Shown: positions 24,143 to 35,639 of the stretch, in pieces
How the letters are laid out: each line of letters begins with the position of its first letter
Position numbering within the stretch: position 1 is the stretch's first letter
DNA from: Lingula anatina
Lineage: Eukaryota; Animalia; Brachiopoda
Direction of reading: 5' to 3'
DNA: 64,000 bases
Assembly: GCA_051362555.1 (NCBI GenBank)
Contig: CM120643.1
Span: 7,068,001 to 7,132,000, forward strand
The notes under the pieces: model-generated
The model's input: the letters and a program-made list of their open reading frames with translations, nothing else
Databases searched by the model: none
Told to the model about the DNA's origin: nothing
Program-made: the position numbers and the translations under genes

Positions 24143-27100
24143 CCCTTAGCAAAATGAAAAGTGTGCAGCGCATGTGCTGCAAATGTACAGCACATGTGCA
24201 GCACACTCTTGAGTGTGCAGTAGACAGCTTTGGGGAGTGTGCAGATAGTGTGCAGAAAGTATGCAAAAGACTTGGTATTTCAATAGAAGCATGCGGAGAG
24301 TGTGCGATAACCTTAAAATTTGATCAAGAGTATGCAACAAGTGTGCAGAAAATGTAATTTTTCTGTCATGAGTGTGCAGAAAATGTGCAAGACACTTGAT
24401 TTTTCAACAGATGTGTGCAGAAAGCATGCAATAAACTTACAATTTCATCAGGAGTGTGCAACAAGTGTACAGGAAACTTAGAAATTTTAAGTTGTGTGAG
24501 TTGAGTGTACAGCAAGCTTTCAATTTTATCGGAGTATGCTATTTTAGAGTAAAAACCTTATCATTTGATTATTTAATATAATGATACCAATTATTTAATA
24601 TGTCCAACAAAAAAATCAATAACATTATGCAAAGCTAGTTATAAATTATTTTGTTCAAACAAACTATGGTGTTTACCTCACTCAAAGTATGAGAATAAGT
24701 CAAGGGCAATATAAGTTTAACAACATCTAATAGAAAAATGCCTAATCAACTATTTAAACTCATTCATTAAATCACAACTTTTGTAATGCCATGCCCGCCA
24801 TTAAAAAAGATTATTATCAGGATGTATAAAAAACAGTCATGAAATCTAGGGTTGGTAAATTAACATTGGCTCCTACTAGTATAATCTTGACTTTGCTAGT
24901 TGATTTTCACAAAAAGATAAAAACATAGTATATTAATGTATTTTTACTGTTTTAATGATGATATTCACTAACTTCATATTTCTTCTATTATACTGAAAGT
25001 CAACCTTATCTAGTCAGATTTTAATCTTGCTCATAGTCAGATTTTACTTGACCTTGGCTGTTATAAAAAGTGGAATTTCAATCCTGCCTAATATAATGTA
25101 ATGTAATGTAAAAGTAAGTGAACATAAATACTGTCCCACATAAATGGTGGGGAACGAGGACAAATTAATATTTTTAAAGATACATTTTATTATAAATCAT
25201 GCTCAATCACACTTTAAGCCTAGGGTTTAACAGTCAACTGATGTTAAAGAATGCCCTACTGCACCAACCACAGATTCAACAAGTGTGAATTTCTTTTGTT
25301 AGCTAGCCTGGCACCTATTATTAGGTCACTATTCCTGTAGCTATTGTTACACCAATTACAGTACCCACCTATTTGATGTTATCAGATGTGTGGTATCCTG
25401 TCTAAGTCAAGGATACAGAATGCAGTTAAATGCAGTTGATTCTAAAAAAAAAAATCAAAACATTTACATTTCATTTCATTTTTGGTTTGTGGTTTATTAA
25501 ATATTATCTATATAATTTAATCTGTCCTTACTGTGTTACTTGAACAAATGGATATTTGTTGAATAATTGTTTATTTTAGGTGATCCTAAAGAGTAGACAA
25601 CCCAGATAGCAATGAGCGGTCGGGCCGACGTCGGCATTGGTCGGCACGGTCGCGGTCGGCAGGCGTTGTCGGGCCGACGTCGGGCCACTACTAGTGACCC
25701 GACGTCGGGCCGACGACTGCTTCACGCCGTTGGCCCGACGTCGGTATAACGGTGGCTCATCAGCTGTGCGTCGGGCCACTACTGGTGACCCGACGTCGGG
25801 CCGACGACTGCTTCACGCCGTCGGCCCGACGTCGGTATAACGGTGGCTCACCAGCTGTGCTCGATTTGCACTAAGCGGCCAATTTCAAATCGAGGTCACC
25901 CACACTAAGCGGCCATAGATCGTTGTTAGTGCACTTGACGGTTATTTCATATTTTCCGTATTTTGCACCAAATTGTTAGGTAAGTATTTACTTTAAAGTG
26001 TTTATGTTTTTCGTACTATAGGTGGAGGTTTATTTGTTGTAGATGAATTAACGAAAACAAGCAAATCTGTCAATAATTTGTTAGTCGTAGCTGCAGGCAG
26101 TTGGCGCGCTGCATGCCACCTTTGAACCAACGTCGGGGCGACGTTGGGTTTCCAGCGGCCAAAAAGATTTTCCCGCTCAAATTCTTTTATGCTTTGAAAG
26201 ACATTTCAATTACCACATTTCATGTATAGACAATTTATAAATGTGAATGAGCAACGTTCTAGTACTTTTTTTGTACCTAGGAGTATATATTGTTTATATT
26301 TTCTCTAGTTGAATTTGAAATGCTTATATAATAGGTGTATTTAGCAAGGCTGCATGATACTAACATGTAAACTTATAATGTCAGCATGGGCTTAACACTG
26401 GATAAACCTTATGGCATACATTCCAAACTCAGTTTAGCATTAAGGGGTCAGTAGGCTAACCTAAAATATCCAGCGGTGGTTCTTTTAGGGAGGGGGGGGG
26501 GGGGGCAAGTTTAAATTGAATTTTTTTCTAGATGTTTAGTCAAATACCCACAGGGTATGATATAATAATGTTTCTTTTTTGGTTTAGGCTCATAATTAGA
26601 CAAGGCATTTTGTGCACATTACAAAGCCACACTTAATATGTATCTCATATTTCTCTTATAGTCTTCCATCATGCATTACTACCTATTTGTCGCCTGTGTT
26701 GAGCAGTCAATCCTCACAAGAAAATACACTTGAAAGGTATGTGTGTATATAGTTAAAGTGCTTCAGTGTGTCATTGCCATGGTAAGATGCAGTAGTTTAA
26801 CTTATATCATCCCTATCAATGGATTAAGTAGTAAACAACTAAGAAATTAATTTAGCCTACTTCTTGCCTGCGACTCTCTTCTGGAATTTAGTACATTATT
26901 CTTCTTAAAATATATGTAAGTGACAGGGATGGGGGTAGGAGGAGGAGGCTGGAGAAGAAGAAGAAGGGTAATATATTTAGCAGAGTAACCACTTCCCTGG
27001 AAAATAATTACATTATTTCGTCTACATTTCAAAGTATACATTAACAACTTCATTTCAATATGCAACATTACGAATAAGCGCGGGTGGATTGGATGCGAAC

Positions 27101-27492
27101 TAAGAAATAAGTCATTAGAAGACAACTGAAACCAACGGTTCAATAATACGATAGAGAAACATGGATTGTTGATTCGTTGCGGCCAAAATCGAGCGTACAA
27201 AACTAACCTGTCTGTCCCTGACCTCATAAAGTTTAAAACATTTCACATCGCAAATAGAAAAAATAATAGTTAGAGAAACGTGGATCAGTATCATGCTAGA
27301 TTCCTTAAGCTTGGTTTCAGTTGTCTTCTTAGCCTTTTTTTATTTTGCATATCAGTGAAATAACATATGATATTAACGGTGAATTTTGTATGTTTTATTA
27401 GATTAAGTGTGAGTTTTTATATTTTTTCTATTCTCTTCACAGAGAGAGAAGCAGCCCAGGCGCCGCAGCAGAGTTCCTCAGATGAATCTTAG

Positions 27493-27560
27493 TCATCATC
27501 ATCATTCCTCTTCGTCCCGTGTGGGAATTAAGGCCACAGTCACTTCTTTCCAGCGTAGTG
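27493..27560 (-). mobile_element. Tiny RTE-type LINE 3' end
   Basis: Minus strand reads RWKEVTVALIPTRDEEE* followed by a (TGA)n tail. Confidence 0.55.
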
Positions 27561-27689
27561 TCGTAGTCAAAGATATGCTGCAAATCTTGCGACTCACAGA
27601 GCGTCATCTATTCGATATGATGTTAACAATGCCATCAAATGTACGTCGGGGAAACGAGGCAGAAATTAAAAGACAGAATTAGACACCAC

Positions 27690-28050
27690 CGCTGCCCTAT
27701 AAACAACAAAAACCTCTTCGTGCCTGTGGGACAACACAACACTCAGCTAAAGACATCACCGTCACCGTCTTAAAAGGAAACGACACTAGGCAAAGACGGA
27801 TCGTCGTACAGAAATGTATTAGAACACTAGACACCTTGAATAATGGACTCAGTAGAGACAATAGTTTCTTAAATGAATATTGATTTTTTATATGTTACGT
27901 TTAGCGTTTAGGACGCTTTTGCAGCATCGTGTGCCTTTAACACGTCATCGACGCCACATACCCCAGGAGTTTTTCTTCACCATTTTTTAATGTCTCTGAA
28001 GAAGGCCTAGGGACCGAAAGCTTGGATTATATATGACATCTGTAAAGTAG
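27690..28050 (+). mobile_element. Penelope-like element 3' fragment (GIY-YIG C-terminus + pLTR)
   Basis: PVGQH, then after a frameshift HSAKDITVTVLKGNDTRQRRIVVQKCIRTLDTLNNGLSRDNSFLNEY*, matching PV..HF...HS..D..V......R...E..WI..L.TL...GLN; followed by a hammerhead motif. Confidence 0.8.
27992..28027 (+). ncRNA. Minimal type I hammerhead ribozyme motif (Penelope-associated)
   Basis: GTCT-CTGAAGA-AGGCCTAGGGACC-GAAA-GC-TT-GGAT: CUGANGA core, imperfect stem II, GAAA, short stem III, stem I GUCU/GGAU with two wobbles. Confidence 0.65.
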
Positions 28051-28960
28051 ATTTTTAGAGATGCATCAGTAATAATATTTATTTTCAATAACTAATTGAA
28101 TTATCGTTATTAACTCACTCAGATTTATAAAGATGTTTCTTCACAAAACATGATTCACGTTGTTATTATTATTATCTTTTAGGCCAACGGGACTTTTTCA
28201 CTTCAGTGAGAGGGTTATTACGAAGAAACGCCGCTGCTACCCTATTGCCAACGTTCGCCAATTGAGTCATAGCTGGCTGACCATGGAGAGTCCATAATAA
28301 CATTGGCTAATTAAAGAACGGCATTATTTGCATAAAGGTGGTAAAACGATGGTTAACGGCGTTGGCGCGAAGTTGGCAAGAAGGTGGCACCGTTGGCATA
28401 ACAGCGGCTAACCGCCGATAGTAATAGCTCATAACGACATTGGCCCAACGTTGGCGCGACGTCGGCAAAAGGTCGGCATTATAGTGGCTGACCGCCGGTT
28501 ATCGATAATAACGTTGGCCCGACGTTGGTGCGACGTCGGCAAAAGGTCGGCATAACAGCGGCTAACCGCCGATAGTAATAGCTCATAACGACGTTGGCCC
28601 GACGTTGGCGCGAAGTTGGCAAATTGTCGGCATGACAGCGGCTGACCGCCGTTTATCCATAATGACGTCGGCCCAGCGTCGGTGCGACGTTGGCAAAAGG
28701 GTGGCAGACCACCGGTGGGCCGACGGCGGGCCGCCGGACACGCCGACTTCGAACCGACGTCGTCTGCCAACGTTGGCCCGACGGAGGCAAAGTCGTCGGG
28801 CCGACGTTGGCGCGACCACTCTTTGCTATCTGGGAACATACAGAACCTGGCATGACAAGACTGGAAGGGAGACTTTGCTGTGAATATCTTTAGTTGGTGG
28901 CTAATCGAAACTCTCACAAAGTGTACCAAAAAGTCAAGTACCTTTGTGATAAAGAAGTTA

Positions 28961-31482
28961 CGGTAAAGTCTTGAAAATTTCGTCGTTCTTGAAAATTTCG
29001 TCGACAGACGATTTTCCGCCGAGGTAATTTTTTTCCCTTTGAAAACTTCGTCGACCTTGAAAATGAGGTACTCAATAATTTTTGAAAAGTTCGTCACCAA
29101 ATATGGCCGCGTTGTCCAGCTCAAATATGAAGGTAATGCGTCAGTTGATTTAAGACAATGATACGATCAGGATCTCATTGACGATAACACTCTCAATGGG
29201 AGATAGGAACAATAGTGCGCCCCTGCGAGCGGTTGCTCACAATATAGGTGGTTAACATGTGAATTCCCGTTCTTAATTGCGGGAACGTCGGCCTTTGTCT
29301 AAATAGTTTCATAACTATTACCTGGCTCAAGGTGCGTTATCAAGCCGGCAAATACAGTAGAAGTCACAGGCCGCGGCTTTGTCATTTGTAACGCCGTTAT
29401 TGTTATCGGCGGCTGTCCTAAATGAGGAAGACACAATGAAAAAATCAAGATATTATCTCGAAGGGACATGTACCCGTCACTTCTATTCATGTCCATGTTC
29501 AATCTAGGACCATTTAACGATTGCCTGCCTCGTACATGGAGATCGTTCGCAATGCGAATGGGACAAGATGGCAATTTTCATATCTTCAGCGGAGAATCTT
29601 GCGCGTAATATCGTCAAGAGATCGTTCGCAATCCAAACGAGACGAGAAGATAATTTTCTTATTTGTAACGGACTCTGTTCACGTAAGATCATCAGCGGGA
29701 GATCGTTTGCGATTCGAGAGAGACGAAAAGGCAATCTTCATATCTTCACTGGGAGATCGTCCGCGATGTAAGCGAGAATAAAATGCACTTTTCATATTAG
29801 TTCAATCTAAGATCTAATGGTATATTAGATCTTAGGTTCAATGGAACTTCGTTCGTGGAAGATCGTCAGCAGATCATTATTTTAACCCCCCTCCCCCTTT
29901 GAATTTTGTAAATAACATATTTTTCATTTTATCTTCAACCCCCCTGCTCCCGCTCACGGCATACTCAGTATCTTCAGCGGAGAATCGTCCGCGTAAGATC
30001 GTCAGAGGGAGATCGCTCGCGATCCGAGCGAGACGAAAAGGCAATTTTCATGTCATCATCGGGAGATCGTTCGCGATATAAGCAAGAATGAAATGCAATT
30101 TTCAAAATAGTTCAAGGAACTTAGTTTGCAAAAGATCGTCAGCGGGAGACCAGTATTCTAACCCTCCCCCTTTGAATTTTATAAATAATATATATTTTTC
30201 ATTTTATCTTTAACCCCCCCTTCCCCGCTCACGGCATATCTTCGGCGGATAATTGTTCGCGTAAGATCATCAGCGCGAGATCCTTTGCGATGTATGCAAG
30301 AATGAAATGCAATTTTTATATTAGTTCAATGGATTTAGGGAACTTCGTTCGCGGAAGATCGTCAGCGGAAAATCATTATTGATCTCCTCCCCCCCCCCCC
30401 CCCCCCCCCCCCACACACACACATACACACACTCACACACACACAGTGACACACACTTGGGATTTAAAAAATTCATTTTCATTTTATCTTTAATCAGCCC
30501 GCCCTCCCTCGCTCACGGTATATCTTGGGCGGAGAATCGTTCGCGTAATATCCTCAGGACTTTGTTCGCGGATCCTAGCTTGACGTAAAGGCAATTTTCA
30601 TATCATCGTCGGGAGATTGTTCGTGATGTAAGCAATAATAAAATGCAGTTTTCATATTAGTTCAAGGAACTTAGTTTGCAAAAGACCGTCAGTGGGAGAT
30701 CATAATTCTAACCCTCCCCCGTTGAATATTATAAATAATATATATTTTTAAGTTTATTTTTAACCCACCTTCCCCGCTCACGATATACATGTATCGGCGA
30801 AGAATCGTTTGCGTAATATCGCCAGGACTTTGTTCGCGTAAGATCATCAGAGGGAGATCGTTCGCAATCCGAGCGAGACGAAAAGGCAATTTTCTTATCA
30901 TCATCGGGAGATCGTTCGCGATGTAAGCAATAATAAAATGCAGTTTTCATTATAATTCAAGGAACTTAAATTGCGGAAGATCGTCAGCGGGAGCAATTAT
31001 TTTAACTCCCTGTAAATTTTTAGGAAGTTACAGATGGTAATTTTAGAAGGCCTGACACTCAATCCTGGGAAAAGCCCTGCATGCAACAAACGTTGCCAAG
31101 TGCGTATTTTTTTAAATATGTCGCGTCCAGGTTATGATGCAAGGAGGCAATTAGGCTTATCTTGATCCTTCTCCTCTATCAGAAGGTATATTTCTTACCG
31201 AGAAGATATTTTCTGGTATAGTAAGTTAAACTTAATCGAGATGCAGTAATAAATAGATTATTATTTACCACCAAAAAACGACTTAGGAAGTAGTAATAAA
31301 TATCCCACAATATAGGAGGGTCAAAGATAACAGACGCTAAGGATAAAAGCCAAAAGGCCGGATTTTTGAAAATTTCGTCATACCCAGGAGTCGGGGAGAG
31401 GTAATTTTGAAAAATTAGTCGGATTTACACAATTAAAAATATTAATTAATTTTTAAGCGACGAAATTTTCAAGACTTTACCG
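28961..31482. mobile_element. Non-autonomous TA-flanked Tc1/mariner(pogo)-type element C
   Basis: Perfect TIR CGGTAAAGTCTTGAAAATTTCGTCG...CGACGAAATTTTCAAGACTTTACCG, TA on both flanks; repeated TTGAAAATTTCGTC subterminal motifs. Confidence 0.85.
29540..31010. repeat. Satellite of irregular ~220-330-bp units inside element C
   Basis: gggagatcgttcgcgatgtaagc-type anchor at 29751, 30061, ~30277, 30611, 30906; units are built from GATCGTTCGCG sub-motifs. Confidence 0.9.
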
Positions 31483-32730
31483 TACTAGAGAGTTGTTTCA
31501 GCCCACAAGAAATATCAGCAACAGTTTCTTTTGTGAAGGATTCTCTAGTTGAAAGAGCTGTGCAGAGTAAGTTTTAAAATAGAGCATCACTAACTGCAAG
31601 TTGATTATATCATTCAACAATTCTGTAAATTTTGTTATTATTCTCAAGTATATGTTGAAAATAAGTGAAAAAGTGAATGCAGCCATAAACCCTAAGATTT
31701 CACGTAGATGTGTAAGGAATGTATATAAACTATTCTTCAAAGCAGTTTTAGCACTTTGTTTTTTTTTTTTTAATATCCAAGACATTTTTTCTGGCTAGCT
31801 TTCTACCTTTTCTTATATGAACAATAAACACTTGAACTTGATTTTAGGACTTATCAAACAGTAATGTGTATTTTGAAATGATTTTGTCCTCCACGTGGAT
31901 GTTTAGCTTTGTGAAGTGTGGTGAATTTATAGGACTTTATGGTGTACTCTTTTGTTAGATGGATGGAGCAGGACAGGATGAGTAAACAAGAGACATGTGG
32001 CAGAAAGATGTAAAGACGAGAAATATGGACATGGCTTGGATTTTGCTGATTTTGTTTAACTTTTTAATTTGATTAATAAAGCACAATATATGACTGTAAT
32101 TTCTTGTTTGTTGTTGATAAACAGATTTAACAATATTTCTGTTCAGTGACAGTACAGTTTCCAAAGGATAATTTCGACTTTTCTAACGTGCTTAACAAAA
32201 TTTTAAGATGTTGGCACATGTCTTCAAATGTAACTCAAAACCTGTCTTTGTAGAATCAATATCAACTGATTGAAAAACAAGCGAGTAAAATTTAAATTGT
32301 GTTATAAAATATTTAAATTAGTGTGCAGGAAATGTGCAAAAAGGTATGCAAAAAGTGCGCAGGAAGTATGCAAAAAGTATGCAGGAGGTGTGCAAGAAGT
32401 ACGCAGGAGGTGTGCAAGAAGTACGCAGGATGTGTGCAAAAAGTATGCAGAAGGTGTGCAAGAATTATGCAGGGGATGTGCAAAAAGTATGCAGAAGGTG
32501 TGCAAAAAGTACGCAGAAGGTGTGCCAGAAGTATGCAGGAGGTATGCAAGAAGTGTGCTGGTTCTGGTGTTGGGGGTGTGCAGGAGATGTGCAAGGAGTA
32601 TGCAGGAGGTGCGTATTTTACCATGCAAATGAGGCGTGCTGCGCATGCGCAGAAACCCTTACTGTGAATGTGCTGCGCATATGCAGAAACAGTGTGCGGG
32701 AAGCTTAAAATTTTGCTAAGGGGGGGGGGG

Positions 32731-33129
32731 GAAGATGAAGATGTTGCTGATGAAAATGTTGAGCACTGTCTACCTTTTAAAGTATTGGGGGTTGCCCATT
32801 TTCAGTATAGACAAACTTTATTGAAAAACATACATAACCAAATGAACAAAAAGCTTATTGAAACTGTATCAACAAGACTCATGTTGGATAATGATTATTC
32901 TATTGGAAGCAAGGCAGTCCAGATTTCACACGAAGGAGAGTGGATTACAATTGGTCATTTACCACAGGAATTATGGCAGTATGTTAATTTAGATTTAGTA
33001 ACTGGTTGCAGAATTGACAAGATTTCCTTTAGGTTGTGGAAAGTACCAGGTTTTTATGTTAAGTTATTTGTTACTAAAAAAGGAGCTTGGCCTATCCAAG
33101 TGATAAGAAAAAGTAAATATGTTCAATAA
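32731..33129 (+). pseudogene. HIRAN-like domain coding remnant (C-terminal part; probable N-terminal part at 23761..23928)
   Basis: HCLPFKVLGVAH...RQ...DNDY...AVQI...WITIGHLPQELWQYV...ISFRLWKVPGFY resembles HIRAN (F.V.G....R...PDN.YD..AI.V.....IGY.P). No own start codon; stop followed by AATAAA. Confidence 0.55.
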
Positions 33130-33449
33130 TAAACTGATATTTTCTTTATAGTGTTGATTCCATGCACTCCTTGCATTCAAGTAATTTTTTATGTTGCTGA
33201 TACAGAATTAATATATTTAATAAGAATTTTTTTTAATCAACAAACTGTTACTTCAAGCAAATTTAAAACACGTAATGGGCTATGGACAGTAGCCTATATA
33301 TACAGACAGTAATATGTAATTTAATGTATTGAACTACAAAATTAACTTTGTATAGACACATATGTTTTTATACATTAAAATAGTGTGTGGGGTTTTCCCT
33401 TTTTTTCTTAGTATATATCATTTTGTTATTGTTATTAACTTTCATTCAG

Positions 33450-34075
33450 GCAGTTGAGCACCTGTTGGAATATGGATTGGACAAAACACAGAAGATCTGC
33501 CAGCCAGACATTTTAGAAGGCTTTAGGGCTCTCAGAAAGCTGAGTATGGATTGGACAAAACACCATAGATCTGTAGCCAGACTTTTAGAAGGCTTTAGGG
33601 CTCTCAGAAAGCTGAGTATGGATTGGACAAAACACCATAGATCAACAAAGGGTCCATTTTTCTGCTAATCAATGTCAAAGTTTGAAGAATGATTTATCAA
33701 CAAGCCTGTATTACCTGAAGACACAGAATAAAAACTGAACCTGAAGAGTGAAGACACATACCCTGACCACTGTACCACATGGCTCCTCAGTGATCCAAAA
33801 GCAGAGTTTTCTCTGCGGAATGTTTTCACCTTCACAACACAATATCCACACTGTGCACTCCTATAAGATACAATCCTTCAACTTATGAAATGTGGAGATG
33901 GTGATGGGTTTGTAGAACAAACATTACAGATGTCAGTAGAGAAAATATATGACTGGAAGAGACATATAATCAGGACAATTAATCAGGATCAAGCCATGCA
34001 GACCTTCTCCAAAATATAACTGCATCTGAATGTCTTGTCATCATGGACTGGGCTATGGAATTTTTGCCAAGGAAG
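33450..34075 (+). pseudogene. Degenerate Sola3-like transposase exon
   Basis: ag|...|gt bounded. Motifs LYYLKT, DHCTTWLLSDP, EKIYDWKRHIIRTINQDQA, CLVIMDWAMEFLPRK, compared with the DWAMKFLP family I recall as Sola3. Stops, frameshifts and an internal ~73-bp tandem duplication (33471, 33545, 33617). Confidence 0.65.
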
Positions 34076-34390
34076 GTTAAGTTGTACACAAGATAAATAT
34101 CACCTAATGTTTTTTGTGTTTGATGTTCAAAGTGCAAAATTAAGAATTTGGAAGTGGTTATGGAGTAAACCTTGAAAAAAATCTTATTTGCTACTTATAA
34201 AGACTGATATGTTTTGAGAAGATTTGGATTAAAAAAGACTTATCTGAAAAGACTGCATTATTTTTCTTTACAATGCCTGCTTGCAGGGAATTGTTAAACT
34301 TATTCCAAACCATGCAGAACGGAACACAGTTAAGTGTATTAAATCCACATAATTGAAACCAATTTACCTCTTACATGTTATTTCTACATA

Positions 34391-34666
34391 ATGACATACA
34401 TCATCCAGAATACCTTCAGTCTGGCAGTGAACAGAGTACTCAGGGGGGATTATGAAGGTGGGGACAATGACAGACAAGAGGGTGAAGAGGACAATGACAG
34501 ACAAGAGGGTGAAGAGGACAATGACAGACAAGAGGGTGAAGAGGACAATGCCAGTATGTGGCATGCTGCCTATAGAGCATACTTATGTTGGAAGATTGGA
34601 GCAACTCACATCAAATCTGTCCCTAATTGTCCAGAGGATATCTCATGGATTGTAAAAAGAGATTAA
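34391..34666 (+). pseudogene. KolX / P2X7-C-terminal-like coding remnant with 27-bp x3.3 tandem repeat (34463..34550)
   Basis: AVNRVL...DNASMWHAAYRAYLCWKIG...VPNC resembles DN..RHAAYRQY..W..G.......IPSC. Confidence 0.45.
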
Positions 34667-34944
34667 ACATTTGGACTGTTTTCAGTTTACCTGACCAAAT
34701 GCTGTGTAATTTCAAATAGTATAGAATTTTGGTTCATTATTTTTGAGGTTTTATATGTAGTTTTTTGAACCTAAAAAAAAACTATTCTCTAAACGAAACA
34801 AACAATGACAAATACTGATAATAATATCCTAATTACAACAAACAATAGTAATAACAACAATTATTATTTAAATACACTTGTATCAATTATTAACTTAATT
34901 TTGCTGCATGGATCTGCAACACTCGCCTAGCAAAAATATGAAAA

Positions 34945-35390
34945 AAAAAAATGCACTCATGCTTTTAGATAGCGGGTTAACATCTACTTTTATATCACAG
35001 CACTTAGCTTTTTTTCTTTGTCTTGATACAAAAGATGACGTCCAATGTCGGCTAAGTACTCTTGACAGTTCAAGGTCCATTAGATCAGCTGTTGTTTCAA
35101 TTGACGTGTCTCCTTGCAGCGACGCTGCAAAGACGTACCACTTATCGAATGTGTTAGTTGTCCCAACTATACAAGTCCGAGCAAATCAACACATCAATGT
35201 GTCAGCTTTCCCTCATCTATCAGATATTAATCTTCCTCAGATTAATACACAATCGCAAGATGATTTGATTATAGGCATGGACAATGCACATTTGATTATG
35301 CCGCTTGAAGTGCGCATTGATGAAAGTGGTGAGTGTGATGTGTATGCAGTGCGTTCACGATTAGGGTGTTGTTTGAATAGACCCAATGTC
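34945..35390 (+). mobile_element. BEL/Pao LTR retrotransposon aspartic protease fragment
   Basis: LLDSGLTSTFI...FPHLSDINLP...DLIIGMD...PLEVR...YAVRSRLG is the typical Pao protease signature; no LTRs or RT nearby. Confidence 0.85.
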
Positions 35391-35639
35391 AATTCTTTTT
35401 CCCCAAGGGAAGTTTCCCCTGTCATGAGAAATGTTTATTTATTGCTATCCCTTCCATTAATTTGTGATACACCTGCCAGTGCCTTCGTGAACAAGGCAGC
35501 AAAGCTGTCAAATGTACAGACAAAAAGCAGGAAATAACAAAACAGGCTACTGTCAATTCTGATGCAAAAGTACATTATGCTTAACTGCAAATTCAACATC
35601 AAATTTTAATTATGCTCAACAGGTATTACCAATGTAAGT

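Larger units (their letters stand above)
25601..28834. mobile_element. Non-autonomous EnSpm-like transposon, element B, 2-bp AA TSD
   Basis: TIR CCCAGATAGCAATGAGCGGTCGGGCCGACGTCGGC vs (rc) CCCAGATAGCAAAGAGTGGTCGCGCCAACGTCGGC, 31/35 identical. AA on both flanks; dense CCGACGTCGG/CCAACGTTGG palindromic subterminal repeats. Confidence 0.9.
24143..32722. mobile_element. Non-autonomous CCC-terminal (EnSpm/CMC-like) DNA transposon, element A, hosting two nested elements
   Basis: Perfect 13-bp TIR CCCTTAGCAAAAT...ATTTTGCTAAGGG. Arrays of ~11-bp GT(G/A)TGCA(G/A) subterminal repeats at 24160..24530 and 32320..32700. TSD not recoverable because the right flank is poly-G. Confidence 0.75.

Noticed and set aside
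28429-29124. Arg-rich ORFs up to 231 aa (also 25576..25840)
   Set aside because: GC-rich palindromic repeats lacking stops; the longest crosses two transposon boundaries.
32639-32652. NRF1 site CTGCGCATGCGCAG as a host promoter
   Set aside because: Lies within the subterminal repeats of element A; also a caution against over-reading the similar site at 4577.
32270-32708. Cys/Lys-rich ORFs in several frames (also 24146..24357)
   Set aside because: By-products of 11-bp subterminal repeats of element A; open on both strands.
34391-34666. Host P2X7 receptor gene
   Set aside because: Only a short motif-level resemblance to the C-terminal domain; no channel exons; TE context.
34908-35537. Intact or domesticated aspartic protease
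   Set aside because: Isolated Pao fragment with eroded conserved positions and an unrelated read-through tail.
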